55,280 nucleotides of DNA from Verrucomicrobiota bacterium (GCA_038214755.1 JBBQRQ010000025.1:1-55280); one strand, 5' to 3'; counted from the stretch's first letter, positions 18,229 through 28,391 are shown. The notes: a model not told the origin generated them from the sequence alone. Made by a program: numbers and translations.

Positions 18229-18984
18229 TTAAGCGGGTTTCCAAAATTTCTGCGCCAACTCGAAATCCTGTTGTGTATCGACTTCCATGTAATTTCCCGG
18301 GGTGTCAGCGTGCGCCATTTTTTCTCCGGCTTCAATCATGTGTTGAAGCAGGTGGATGAAATAAGCCTTTTCAAAAACAGCGGCCTCGCGAAAGGGTTTT
18401 CCCGCGAAACGTTCGCGCGCCTGATGAAAATGTTTTTTCAAGGCCGCCGCTCCGGCTTTAGAAAATTTCACCAGACCGGTGAATTCGCCGTGCGCTTCCG
18501 CTGGCTCGATTCCCCGATGCACGCGAGTCACGTGTCCGTTCAACACTGTGACTTTTTCAGCGTCGTCGGGCGGATGATTCGTGCGATGGACGTAACGTTC
18601 AAGCCAGCGCGTATCGACGGAGAGCGCGATGTCCGCCTCGCTCGCTAAAAGTTTTTTCACGACGTCCGCGGTGAAAAGAATGTCCGAGTAACCGCAAATA
18701 AACGGCTCATCCATCAAGTCCTCGGCATACATGAGCGAGGCGAGGATGTTGTTATTTTCCCAATCGACGTTGTGCCGAAAAGTGAAGTGCGGATAATCCC
18801 GCTGGACTTTGTCGATTTGATAGCCGCCGATGAAACAAATGTCTTTGATGCCGCTGGCCGCGAATGCCTCCACTCCCCAATCGAGCATTCGTTTGCCTTG
18901 GATTTCGGCGAAACATTTCGGGGTGTCCGTGGTGGTGGGCATCAAACGACGTCCACGCCCTGCGGCAATGATAATGGCTCTCAT
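18229..18984 (-). CDS. Phosphocholine cytidylyltransferase-like NTP transferase
   Basis: AIIIAAGRGRRL..PKC, NNILASL, YSDILF, EVDTQQD. Confidence 0.85.
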   Translation of the reverse strand: MRAIIIAAGRGRRLMPTTTDTPKCFAEIQGKRMLDWGVEAFAASGIKDICFIGGYQIDKVQRDYPHFTFRHNVDWENNNILASLMYAEDLMDEPFICGYSDILFTADVVKKLLASEADIALSVDTRWLERYVHRTNHPPDDAEKVTVLNGHVTRVHRGIEPAEAHGEFTGLVKFSKAGAAALKKHFHQARERFAGKPFREAAVFEKAYFIHLLQHMIEAGEKMAHADTPGNYMEVDTQQDFELAQKFWKPA

Positions 18985-19100
18985 CGGATGATAAAGATGA
19001 ACACAGAGGGTGCGGTGAAGAAAAGTTTTTTGTGCGGAAAAAGGTTTCAATTCATTTACAGAAGCAAACGAATTTCAGTGAAAGGAAATGCTCTCCGTCT

Positions 19101-19426
19101 CCACGAACCCGCCCGTAGCCGCCGACGTGAGGAGGCGGAAACTTGCGGGCCAGCCCAAATCCGCCTCCTCACGTCGGCGGCTACGGTTCATGGGTTCAAT
19201 GCGCGAAATTATCAGTGAAGAGAAACGCTCGCCCTCTCCCCAGGCCTCTCCCCCGAGGAGAGGGGGTTTCGTTCGCCGCGTCTCGGTGTATTGATGCGCA
19301 GGGTTCTCGTCCGCTTCTTCTGCGGATAACCAAAGGCGGGAGGGAGACAACAGACTCACGAACGTCCGCGATATGCGCTTCGCTATTCCCTCTCCTCAGG
19401 GGAAGATGGTTAGGGTGAGGGCGAGC
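19101..19426. repeat. REP doublet inside a CCA(C/T)GAACC shell, followed by a CCCTCTCC-type IR pair
   Basis: GTAGCCGCCGACGTGAGGAGGCGGA / TCCGCCTCCTCACGTCGGCGGCTAC (19115-19184); shell 19101-19109/19185-19193; second IR 19227-19426. Confidence 0.82.
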
Positions 19427-19543
19427 AATCTTCTGACTGAATCGGTCCGGTTCGTCGAGGGTGAAGGCCCGCACAAATAAAAACCTCGGCTCAAATCCGG
19501 CGGGGTCGAGAGATTGGCCGCCTTCCTGCTGAACTTTTTTTCC

Positions 19544-19795
19544 ATGAAAACCAAAGAAAAATATTATCGCTGCGCCGGTTATTATTCCCTGCCATTTTCC
19601 GCGGTGCCCCTGGCGACCGTTATGCTGCTGGAGTGTCTCGGCAAATCTCTCCCTTTTTTCTTTGGGTCGGTGGGATTTTGGTTTGCCATTTCAGGCGTGT
19701 TTAAAGGCGGGCTGGGCGCCAGATTATGCGCGCTGGTTTCGCTTCTGATGTTCGCGCATCTTGTCCTGATCGTGGTTTACAACCGGCTGTATTAG
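19544..19795 (+). CDS. Small multi-TM membrane protein (paralog of 21491..21745)
   Basis: MKTKEKYYRCAGYYSLPF..ISGVFKGG.GAR.CALVSLL; supported by the paralog in the window. Confidence 0.7.
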   Translation: MKTKEKYYRCAGYYSLPFSAVPLATVMLLECLGKSLPFFFGSVGFWFAISGVFKGGLGARLCALVSLLMFAHLVLIVVYNRLY

Positions 19796-19916
19796 TTCAG
19801 CGGGTTCCCAGCAGGTTCCCTTTGCGATGCTCCAATTTCTGGATTTATTCTTCCAAACGACGGACAACATCGGCTCCGAATCAATTCCTGGTTGAGACGC
19901 CTGATCAATCGCGACA

Positions 19917-21305
19917 TTATTTTTCTTCGATGCAATAAAGACTCCGATGCCCTCGCACAAAAATCTCCCGGTCCACCAACGCCGGCGTTGCATCCGTTTT
20001 GTCGTCGAGTTTGTTGGCCGCTAAGATTTCCAGCCTGGTTCCTTGCTTCAAAACCAGACAAGTGCCTTCGCGCCCGAGCACATACATCCGATCTTTCGCG
20101 GCGACGGGCGAAGCGTAGATGCCATAAATTCCTTCCAACCGTTCGGCCTCGAAATGCGCACGACCCGTCTTGGCGTCGAGGCAGGAAAGTTTCGCGTCGT
20201 TGTTTGCCACCACATAAAGGAGTCCATCCACGAGCAACGGCGAGGGAACGTAGGGCGTGTTCTTTTTGTAGTTCCAACGAATGGCGTCAGTGCCCGTAAG
20301 ATCGCCGGTGCGGCCAAGTTGAATGGCCTGAAGCGCGCTCCCGCGAAAACCGCTCGTCACGTAAACGGTGTCCGCATCGGCCACGGGCGTCGGGATGGCA
20401 TTCGCGGTCTGGCCGGAGCAAGACCAAATTTCCTTTCCGTTAGCGAGGTCGTAACTGCGCACTTTGCCGGTCGCGTTGACGACCACTTGCGCTTTACCCG
20501 CGTGCTCGACGATCAATGGCGTTGACCATCCGGTTCCTTCGTTACGCGGCGTGCGCCAAAGTTCTTTGCCGGTGTGTTTGTCGAGCGCCAAGATAAAATC
20601 GTCGCCTTCGTGATCCCAATTGATCACGACCGTATTTCCGTAGAGCGCGGGCGATGCGCCTTCGCCAAAACTCATCTTCGTTTGCATGTGGCCGAAATCT
20701 TTTTGCCATTTCAGATTGCCGTCGAAGTCGTAGCAGTGGAGACCGCGTGAACCGAAATAAGCAATCAACCGTTCGCCATCCGTCACCGGTGAGGCTGAAG
20801 CAAATCCGTGATCGCGGTGATGGCCTTCATGCGGAACTTCCTCACGCGCGATTTTCTGCCAAAGCGTTTTGCCGGTGGCGCGGTCAAGGCAGAGGACAAC
20901 AAACTGATATTTCTCGGAGGGAGTCTCGGGACGAAAGCCGCCGGGTGGACCTCCTCGGCGCGGGCGCCCTTCCGGCGGGCTAGGTTTCTCAGCGGCGACG
21001 ACAAGTGGCGCCTCGGGCTTTTTCGCGTCAGCGTTGGGCGCGAGAGAAATAGCGGTGAGAAGGAAAACCCGCTTGCCCCAAATAATCGGCGTCGAGGTGC
21101 CGAAACCCGGCGTCTGGATTTTCCACTTCACATTTTTTGTTTCGCTCCAGGCCATTGGCGGATCGGCTTCCGGCGCAACACCTGTAGCCATCGGCCCGCG
21201 CCATTGCGGCCAAAATTCTTTCGCATGGGGAGCTAGCTCCGCGCCGCGCGAAGTTGGCGCGAGGAACAGAGAGGCCATTCCGATAAAAAGAAAAATCGAT
21301 TTCAT
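19917..21305 (-). CDS. Secreted PQQ-binding-like/BamB-type beta-propeller protein
   Basis: Signal peptide, WPQWRGP, repeated LDxxTGKxxW blades, PYVPSP, YASPV. Confidence 0.9.
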   Translation of the reverse strand: MKSIFLFIGMASLFLAPTSRGAELAPHAKEFWPQWRGPMATGVAPEADPPMAWSETKNVKWKIQTPGFGTSTPIIWGKRVFLLTAISLAPNADAKKPEAPLVVAAEKPSPPEGRPRRGGPPGGFRPETPSEKYQFVVLCLDRATGKTLWQKIAREEVPHEGHHRDHGFASASPVTDGERLIAYFGSRGLHCYDFDGNLKWQKDFGHMQTKMSFGEGASPALYGNTVVINWDHEGDDFILALDKHTGKELWRTPRNEGTGWSTPLIVEHAGKAQVVVNATGKVRSYDLANGKEIWSCSGQTANAIPTPVADADTVYVTSGFRGSALQAIQLGRTGDLTGTDAIRWNYKKNTPYVPSPLLVDGLLYVVANNDAKLSCLDAKTGRAHFEAERLEGIYGIYASPVAAKDRMYVLGREGTCLVLKQGTRLEILAANKLDDKTDATPALVDREIFVRGHRSLYCIEEK

Positions 21306-21490
21306 AAAAAATTAAAAAGTCCGCTTGTGCGCCAGGTTATGGCAGGGGGCGGCGTTGCCCAAGAAGATTCCCCTCGCTTCAGTGACCGATTTAGACGCAG
21401 CGCTGTCGCAATTTTGGACTGGCGGCGAGTGTCCGGATCGCAAGTCTGCTGGATTTTTATTGGCCTTCTTCGTGCTAAGAATTTTTCACC

Positions 21491-21745
21491 ATGAAAACCA
21501 AGGAAAAATTCTACGCATGTGCGGGTTATTATTCGTTGCCATTTTCTTTTGTTCCACTTGTCACCGTGACGTTTCTTCATTGCTTCGGCTGCATCGTGCC
21601 TTTGATTTGCGGAGCGATGGGTTTGTGGTTCACCATTTCGGGAATTTTTAAGGGCGGATGGGGCGCGAGATTTTGCGCGTTAGTTTCTTTACTCATTTTC
21701 CTGCATCTCGGCCTGTCGGAATTCGCCTACAACGCCAGTTTTTAA
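21491..21745 (+). CDS. Small multi-TM membrane protein (paralog of 19544..19795)
   Basis: MKTKEKFYACAGYYSLPF..ISGIFKGGWGARFCALVSLL. Confidence 0.7.
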   Translation: MKTKEKFYACAGYYSLPFSFVPLVTVTFLHCFGCIVPLICGAMGLWFTISGIFKGGWGARFCALVSLLIFLHLGLSEFAYNASF

Positions 21746-21770
21746 TTCCGAGAACCAAAAGCTGAATCCG

Positions 21771-22171
21771 ACAGAAGGAAACCAAGAGAACGAAGCAAAG
21801 GATTTCCGACTGTTACCCTACCGTCGATTGGCGCAGCGCCGGAATCACTGCCTCCAACTTCCGGCGCGCATCTCACTTCCTTGCAACTTTCTTTCGTCTC
21901 GGAGGGACGTTTGAGAATAGCCCGGCGTTTCAATGCCGGGTTGGCGTTATACATTGGGAAAGTCCCGAAGGGACGGCGGAGAGGCGGAGCTCACTCCCTG
22001 GTAATCGTTTTTCCGCCCTCCCTTGGGGACTCGTTCTGTTTCCACCACGACCCGGCGTTGAAACGCCGGGCTATTTTCGATTGTCCCTCCCGGACAACCG
22101 CACTGGCGAACATCTTGCAAAAACTGGGATGCGCCCCGCCCTCTGCCTTCGTTTTCTTTGTGGGCTTCTGT
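21771..22171. repeat. Three-layer nested inverted-repeat composite
   Basis: Outer ACAGAAG..AACGAAG / CTTCGTT..CTTCTGT; middle GCGCATC..TTGCAA (21864-21886 / 22115-22136); inner 21896-22095 (AATAGCCCGGCGTTTCAA / TTGAAACGCCGGGCTATT). Confidence 0.8.
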
Positions 22172-22213
22172 GAAATGAATTTAGGATTTCAGATTTAATT
22201 CGCAGCGAGCGGA

Positions 22214-24160
22214 TCACGCACTTTCCAGAACCGCAAGCCTGGTGGAATTTTCTTCCCATTGGCGAGTCAAGCCGGCGAGATTTTGCTGCGTCTCAGTTAG
22301 CTCACGATTGATTTGCATCGCGCGACCGGGAGTTTGGTAAGTTTCCGGCTTCTCCAATTCGGCGGTCAATTCGATCTGCCGCTTTTCCATTTGCTGGATT
22401 TCTTTTTCCAAAGACCGCACGGCTTGTTGCTGGTCGCGGTTTCCGCTGGAGCGCGCTTGTCTCTCCTGCGCCTCGCGCCGCTTCTGATCCTTGCGACTTT
22501 CCCCAGGGCGCGCCTTGCTTTGCGTTTTAATTTCTTCTTTGGCTCCGGCCGTCAATGCTTCGCGAGCTGAACCCGCTTTTGTTTTATCCAAATAATATTG
22601 GTAATCACCGGCGTAAGGCGTGAGTTGTCCCGCATTGACATGCAGAACGCGGTTGGCCAGTTCGCGAATAAAATAAACGTCGTGACTGATAAAAATAAGC
22701 GTCCCTTCAAATTGCGTCAGAGCAAAAATCAACGCGTCGATGCTCGACATGTCCAGGTGGGTCGTCGGTTCGTCCATGAGCAAAAGGTTCGGCGGATTGA
22801 TCAAAAGTTTCACCAGCGCGAGACGACTTTTTTCGCCGCCACTCAAGACGCTGACCTTTTTAAAAACGTCATCTCCACTGAACAGAAAACAGCCGAGCAA
22901 GGTGCGCACGAATTGTTCGGTGACGCGCTGTTCGGTATCCATCGCTTCCTCGAAAACCGTGCGGCTCGAATCGAGCATGTCCACGCGGTATTGCGAGTAA
23001 TAGCCGGGAACGACATTGTGGCCGGGCTCGCGCGTGCCGTTTTGTGGGATGACAACGCCGGCCAAAATTTTTAACAACGTTGATTTGCCCGCGCCGTTTG
23101 GGCCGACGAGGACGATGCGTTGCCCGCGTTCCGCTTCAAAATTCATTCCGCGATAAACCACGTTCGCGCCGTACGCCTGATGAATATCTTTCAAGCGAAT
23201 CGCGCGTTGTCCGCTGCGCTTCGGTTGCGGAAAAGAGAAGCTGACTTTTTTGTCGGCGCTGGTGGGCGCTTCGATTTTGTCCATGCGCTCGACTTGCTTC
23301 AATTTGCTTTGCGCTTGCGCGGCCTTGGAAGCTTTCGCGCGAAACCGATTCACGAAATCCATCAAGTGCTCGATTTCCTTCTGCTGATTGTTGTAGGCGG
23401 CAAGATGTTGTTCCTCTTTCGCGACGCGTTGGACAAGAAATTCATCATAGTTGCCGCGATAGCGAACGAGTTTGCTCTGGCGAATTTCCACGATGCTGCC
23501 GACGAGTTTGTTCAGAAATTCGCGGTCATGCGAAATGACAACAATCGCGCCGGGATAATGAATCAAATAGTCCTGAAACCAGAGAAGCGTTTCGAGATCG
23601 AGATGGTTCGTCGGCTCATCGAGCATCAATAGATCCGGCTCTTGCACCAGCAATCGCGCCAGATGTCCGCGCATGACCCAACCGCCGCTCAGTTCACGCG
23701 CGGGACGATCAAAATCTTTTTCGCGAAAGCCGAGGCCGACCAGAATTTGTTTCGCTTTGGCTTCGAGTTGATAGCCGCCGAGTTCGTGAAATCGATTGTG
23801 AACATCGTCATGAATTTCTTCGGGATGCGATGCTTCGACCGGATGATTCGCGTCCCACGCGATGATGATGCGACGAAGTTTCGTGTATTCCGGCGTGATG
23901 GAGGTGGCAAGTTCGATGGTGGTTTCGTCGCCGACGGGCGCGCTTTCCTGTGGCAAATAACCGAGCGTCACGCCGCGTTCGAGAGTGATTTTCCCATCAT
24001 CGTAACCCTCATTGCCGAGGATCATGGAAAAAAGCGTCGTCTTGCCCGCGCCATTGGGACCAACCAACCCTATGCGATCTTCGCGATTAATTTGCAGTGA
24101 CACGTCGGAAAACAAGGAGCGTCCGCCGTACGCTTTGCTGAGGCCTGAAATAGTTAACAT
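22214..24160 (-). CDS. ABC-F family ATPase (YheS/Uup-like)
   Basis: Two NBDs (GPNGAGKT/S, LSGGW/LSGGE, DEPTNHLD/DEPTTHLD), no TM segments, C-terminal coiled coil. Confidence 0.95.
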   Translation of the reverse strand: MLTISGLSKAYGGRSLFSDVSLQINREDRIGLVGPNGAGKTTLFSMILGNEGYDDGKITLERGVTLGYLPQESAPVGDETTIELATSITPEYTKLRRIIIAWDANHPVEASHPEEIHDDVHNRFHELGGYQLEAKAKQILVGLGFREKDFDRPARELSGGWVMRGHLARLLVQEPDLLMLDEPTNHLDLETLLWFQDYLIHYPGAIVVISHDREFLNKLVGSIVEIRQSKLVRYRGNYDEFLVQRVAKEEQHLAAYNNQQKEIEHLMDFVNRFRAKASKAAQAQSKLKQVERMDKIEAPTSADKKVSFSFPQPKRSGQRAIRLKDIHQAYGANVVYRGMNFEAERGQRIVLVGPNGAGKSTLLKILAGVVIPQNGTREPGHNVVPGYYSQYRVDMLDSSRTVFEEAMDTEQRVTEQFVRTLLGCFLFSGDDVFKKVSVLSGGEKSRLALVKLLINPPNLLLMDEPTTHLDMSSIDALIFALTQFEGTLIFISHDVYFIRELANRVLHVNAGQLTPYAGDYQYYLDKTKAGSAREALTAGAKEEIKTQSKARPGESRKDQKRREAQERQARSSGNRDQQQAVRSLEKEIQQMEKRQIELTAELEKPETYQTPGRAMQINRELTETQQNLAGLTRQWEENSTRLAVLESA

Positions 24161-24373
24161 GGATTAAAAAATAAAAAGATTATTGCTGACGTTACGGGTA
24201 AAAATCGCGAAGCCGAAATTCAAGCCACGGAGAGAACCGGCATGAAATCATCCCATCGCGCGACGAAGCCGCTGCGTTCAGCGCAAGCTCCGATCGCCCG
24301 TGTGATTTGTTTCATCGGAACCACTTTGCCCTTCCGCTGAGGTTTTAGCAAGCTTACCACAAAGTGGATTTCA

Positions 24374-24630
24374 TCACGGCAAACGCCACCCGCCGCGGCC
24401 GACGTGAATCAGCAAACCAAGTTCGCGCCAGACTTGTACTGCTGGCAAATCTTGTCTTTCACATGACGATTGCCGGGATGCAGCTTTTCAAAGTGCGGCA
24501 CGAGCGCGTAAATATCATTATCGTGAACTGCGATTGGTTCAGCGAACGAATCGCCGTCCGCATACCGAGTGTGCAGCCCTGTTGCGAAACGGAAATTTCC
24601 TTCAGCGGTTTCACGCGCTTTACCCTCAGC
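24374..24630 (-). pseudogene. C-terminal winged-helix remnant of a DpnI-like (Dam-replacing family) endonuclease
   Basis: Frames stitch to KPLKEISVSQQG.TL...AIRSLNQSQFT / NDIYALVPHFEKLHPGNRHVKDKICQQ / QVWRELGLLIHVGRGGWRLP*, matching P.N.H.KDKIRQQLQ.LRD.G. Confidence 0.7.
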
Positions 24631-24636
24631 GGGTAT

Positions 24637-24950
24637 TTACTTTTCGATAGCACGGATAAATAGAACCGGCGCCTTTGACCAAAGTCCCTCAACTATGGAC
24701 GCGTAAGAGCGGATTCGAAGGGTGTTAGTTGATACCGCGAACCATGGGGACACTGCTGCCAGATTTGTCGCGTAATCGATTTCGTAATTTGTGTTTGCCT
24801 TGCCATAGAGCGTGAACACCCGCTGCCTATTGGTCGTCAACCCCGCTTCCAGCAGCGGTTGGTTTGCGATAACTACAGCATGTCCACCGGAGGGAATACT
24901 GCCAGGCACTGAGCACCCTGGTTCGTAACGACCAGGTTATCAGCCCCGAG
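24637..24950 (-). pseudogene. C-terminal fragment of a large secreted protein
   Basis: ..LYGKANTNYEIDYATNL...PW...VLFIRAIEK*; the 5' part is replaced by IS sequence. Confidence 0.5.
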
Positions 24951-24956
24951 AAACCG

Positions 24957-25228
24957 TCGGCGTATAAATCCAACTGCTGTTCCTTGATCCGGTTTTCCAT
25001 GTTGCCGCGGCCGCAGTAATCTTTTTCGTAAAGTTCCCGCGCATCGAACTCCAGCGGATTTTCGTTGGTGATGATGAAGCGCGGATTGGCTTCTCCTTGC
25101 GTCCATTCGGCTTTGCCAATGACCCAGCGCGGCGCGGGCCATTTCCCGGCCTGATAGGTCATCTCGACGAAGACCCGCGCCGGTTTTCCGCCGTCGGCTT
25201 CGGAGAGTTTCGTGGACACTAATGCCAC
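24957..25228 (-). mobile_element. IS1380-family transposase internal fragment
   Basis: R.V.KAE...GEANPRFIITN, LYE..YC.RGNMENRIKEQQLDLYAD. Confidence 0.85.
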
Positions 25229-25468
25229 GAACTATCGAACTCGGTACTATCGTCCCGTCACGCCCGCGCCGCCTGCAATAACAGCAGGATTTTGAATGAA
25301 CTTTCTTCCGCGACCAGGGAAAGGTGATTCAGGTCAAGCGTGTGTTTTCTTCGAGGACGATTTGGTTTTGGGCGGCGGTTGGATTGCGCGATAGGAGCGC
25401 GGACGTTCTCGTCGGCGCTTCGAAAACCAATCTCGACGCGCGCGCGAGAACGTCCGTGTTGCTCGGAA

Positions 25469-25717
25469 TTATTTTTTCCGGCTCGATGATCTTTTCGCGC
25501 CGCCTTTTTTCCCGCCTTTTTTGCTGGAGGAAGTATTGGATTTTTTTCCGCGGCCCGAGCCGCTTTTCTTTCCGCCCTTATCTTCTTTATTCACCGTCGC
25601 CCAAGCGCGGCTTTCCGCTTCCTTTTTGCTGACACCTTTTTTTTCGTAACCTTCCTCGATGTGTTCGGCTTTGCGTTTTTGTTTGTCGGTGTAACTCGAT
25701 TTATCTCCTTGTGGCAT
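25469..25717 (-). CDS. Small basic conserved protein (often annotated 'plasmid stabilization protein')
   Basis: MPQGDKSSYTDKQKRKAEHIEEGY..AWATVNK..GGKKSGSGRGK. Confidence 0.8.
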   Translation of the reverse strand: MPQGDKSSYTDKQKRKAEHIEEGYEKKGVSKKEAESRAWATVNKEDKGGKKSGSGRGKKSNTSSSKKGGKKGGAKRSSSRKK

Positions 25718-25841
25718 AATTTTCCTTTCCTTAGCCGACATCAAATTAAATGGGCGTGAGTTGCGTCAACGGAGTGAATCTGGAAAAACTGTTCGGGGAA
25801 AAACTTGTTATCCGGAAGTTTTTTTTTGGCGCGATTAGAAC

Positions 25842-25912
25842 TTGCATGGTCGAAACTCGCCGCTAAAATTTTGTTCGCACCAAACCACCGTCGGAGGTGG
25901 TTTTATTTTTTT
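25842..25912 (+). promoter_or_regulatory. Putative prs operon promoter and leader hairpin
   Basis: TTGCAT-16 nt-TAAAAT (25842-25869), then AAACCACC-GTCGGA-GGTGGTTT plus a T-rich tract before the GTG start. Confidence 0.5.
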
Positions 25913-25924
25913 AGAAATTCAACT

Positions 25925-26869
25925 GTGAAAATTTTTGCCGGCACTTCAAATCCTGTTTTGTCCAAAGCAATTGTCGCCTCCATCGGACTCGAACTCGGTC
26001 AATGCACCGTCAGCGCTTTTCCAGACGGAGAAACTTTTGTCAAGATCGAGGAAAACGTTCGCGGTGAAGACGTCTTCGTGGTGCAATCCACTTGCCCGCC
26101 AACCAATCACAACCTGATGGAAATGTTCATCATGATGGATGCGCTTCGTCGGGCCAGCGCCTCCAGGATTACGGCTGTTTTACCTTTTTATGGATATGCC
26201 CGGCAGGACCGCAAGGACCAACCCCGCGTGCCGATCACCGCCAAGCTGGTCGCCAATCTTTTAATCGCCGCGGGGGCAAACCGCATTCTCACGATGGATT
26301 TGCACGCGCAACAAATCCAAGGCTTCTTCGATATTCCCGTCGATCATCTTTACGCCGCCCCGGTGATGTACGAATATTTAAAAAAGAAAAAACTGGAAAA
26401 CCTCGTCGTGGTCAGCCCCGACATCGGCGGATTGAAAATGGCGCACGCCTACTCGCAAGTTTTGGAAGTCGGGTTGGCCATCGTGGCGAAGCGGCGGAAG
26501 AGCGCGACGGAAATTGAATCGATGACCGTGATCGGGGAAATTCGCGGGAAGAACGTGCTGATGGTGGATGATTTGACGGAGACGGCGGGAACTTTAACCA
26601 CGGCGGCGGCGTTGCTGAAAAAGAAAGGCGCCAAGAAAATTATTGCCTGCGTTTCGCACGCCATTTTGAATGATTTAGGAATCGAACGCCTGCGAAAATC
26701 AAATATTGACGAACTAATAACGACTGATACCGTCCTCCGCCCTGCGATTGACGGAGTGAATATTACCACCCTGTCAGTGGCCGGATTGTTGGGCGAAGCG
26801 ATCAAACGGATCCATTGTAATTCCTCGATTACTTCGCTTTTTGAATTTAAAGGCGGACGCACCAGTTAG
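25925..26869 (+). CDS. prs: Ribose-phosphate pyrophosphokinase
   Basis: FPDGET, YGYARQDRK, DLHAQQIQGFF, VSPDIGG, VDDLTETAGTL; GTG start. Confidence 0.97.
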   Translation: MKIFAGTSNPVLSKAIVASIGLELGQCTVSAFPDGETFVKIEENVRGEDVFVVQSTCPPTNHNLMEMFIMMDALRRASASRITAVLPFYGYARQDRKDQPRVPITAKLVANLLIAAGANRILTMDLHAQQIQGFFDIPVDHLYAAPVMYEYLKKKKLENLVVVSPDIGGLKMAHAYSQVLEVGLAIVAKRRKSATEIESMTVIGEIRGKNVLMVDDLTETAGTLTTAAALLKKKGAKKIIACVSHAILNDLGIERLRKSNIDELITTDTVLRPAIDGVNITTLSVAGLLGEAIKRIHCNSSITSLFEFKGGRTS

Positions 26870-26891
26870 GTCGGCAGCCCCATTACCAAAA

Positions 26892-27683
26892 ATGAAATCT
26901 GTATTATTGACTGCATTTCCACGGACGCAAACCCGTCGCGGAGAAGTGAAAAAATTGCGCACTACCGGCCGCGTTCCAGCCGTCGTTTATGGCGGAAAAA
27001 CCACGCCGCAAAATCTTGAACTTGATTTGGAAGAACTCGACACGCTCATTCATCATTCCGCTTCGGAAAACGTCCTCGTCGATCTCACCGTCGGCGAAAA
27101 CTCCAAGCGACTCGCGCTGATTCAGGAGGTGCAACATCATCCCTTGAGCGGAAAAGTTCTGCACGTCGATCTGCATGAAGTCGCTGCCGACGAAAAAGTC
27201 ACCATCATGGTTCCGGTGGAAAGCACCGGCGAACCGGTCGGAGTCAAAACCGGCGGGGGCGTGCTCGAACATGTCCTCTTTAAAATTAAAGTTCGCGCCT
27301 TGCCAAAATTTTTACCGGAGGTCATCACCGTCGATGTCAGCCCGCTGGAAATCGGACAATCCATTCACATCGGCGATCTTAAAGCTCCCGAAGGCGTCGA
27401 GATTCTGGGCGACAAACATATTTCCGTCATCGCCGTCGCCGCTCCGCTGACTGAGGCGCAGGCGGCCGCTGCGGAAGCCGCCGTCGCTAGCGGTGCGGGC
27501 GAAGTCGAGATGACCAAGGAGAAAAAAGAAGAAGGGGCGGAAGGCGCGGCTCCTGCCAAAGCCGGAGAAAAAGGCGCGGAGAAGGGCGCTGCCAAAGGCG
27601 CGGAGAAAGGCGCTGCCCCAAAAGCTGCGGAAAAAGGCGCGCCCAAAACGGAAGAAAAGAAACCAGCCGAAAAGAAAAAATAA
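26892..27683 (+). CDS. rplY: 50S ribosomal protein L25/Ctc with low-complexity AEKG tail
   Basis: LR..GRVPAVVYG, QHHPLSG.VLHVD, GVKTGGGVL. Confidence 0.95.
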   Translation: MKSVLLTAFPRTQTRRGEVKKLRTTGRVPAVVYGGKTTPQNLELDLEELDTLIHHSASENVLVDLTVGENSKRLALIQEVQHHPLSGKVLHVDLHEVAADEKVTIMVPVESTGEPVGVKTGGGVLEHVLFKIKVRALPKFLPEVITVDVSPLEIGQSIHIGDLKAPEGVEILGDKHISVIAVAAPLTEAQAAAAEAAVASGAGEVEMTKEKKEEGAEGAAPAKAGEKGAEKGAAKGAEKGAAPKAAEKGAPKTEEKKPAEKKK

Positions 27684-27697
27684 ACGTCGCGCCGGAC

Positions 27698-27742
27698 GTA
27701 GCGCAGGCTTCCAGCCTGCAAGTTCCGAGGCTTCCAGCCTCG
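27698..27742. repeat. GTAG-type REP between rplY and pth
   Basis: GTAGCGCAGGCTTCCAGCCTGC followed by CGAGGCTTCCAGCCTCG. Confidence 0.7.
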
Positions 27743-27788
27743 AAGGGGCGAAGCGAGAAAACTTCGCCAATCACGGGCAACGAGTCGC

Positions 27789-28391
27789 ATGGAAAATTTA
27801 TTTCTCGTTGTCGGCCTGGGAAACCCAGGCAAGGAATACGCGAAAACGCGACACAACGCCGGATTTTTGTTGGTCGAAAAATTGGCGGAAGATTGGAGCG
27901 TAGAGTGGACTGCGGAAAAAAAGTTCAATTCGCGGCTGGCCAGGACCGAACGCGAGGGGAACAGGTTTGTTTTGTGCGAACCGCAAACGTTTATGAACGC
28001 GAGCGGCGCGGCCGTCAAAAGTTTGACCGATTATTTTCGATTGCCGCCGGAAAAAATTTTGTTGGTTGTCGATGATGCGGATTTGCCGTTTGGCGAAATC
28101 CGGCTGCGCGGAAGCGGCAGCAGCGGCGGCCATCACGGATTGGAATCGGTCGAGGAACATCTCGGCACGCGAAATTTTGCGAGATTGCGGATCGGCATCG
28201 GACGCAAAGACAACGTTCGGCAAATAACCAATTATGTTCTGGGGCAATTTGAGAAAAGCGAAACGGTGTTGCTGAAAAAAGTTTTGGCGCGCGCCGCCGC
28301 TCAGGTGGAATGCTGGGCGAGCGAGGGAATCGGCAAGGCGATGAGTCAATTGAACGGCGCAGTTAACAAAGAAGAAAAGGAAACTGAATAG
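27789..28391 (+). CDS. pth: Peptidyl-tRNA hydrolase
   Basis: VGLGNPG..Y..TRHNAGF, PQTFMNASG, GGHHGL, RLRIGIG. Confidence 0.97.
   Translation: MENLFLVVGLGNPGKEYAKTRHNAGFLLVEKLAEDWSVEWTAEKKFNSRLARTEREGNRFVLCEPQTFMNASGAAVKSLTDYFRLPPEKILLVVDDADLPFGEIRLRGSGSSGGHHGLESVEEHLGTRNFARLRIGIGRKDNVRQITNYVLGQFEKSETVLLKKVLARAAAQVECWASEGIGKAMSQLNGAVNKEEKETE

Noticed and set aside
19796..19915. Possible degenerate copy of the ABC-F 3' end next to the small membrane gene
   Set aside because: Only vague similarity (LNQEL.. vs INREL..) that needs several frameshifts; not supportable without an alignment
25750..25920. tRNA-Gln often found upstream of prs
   Set aside because: No cloverleaf or T-loop consensus was found
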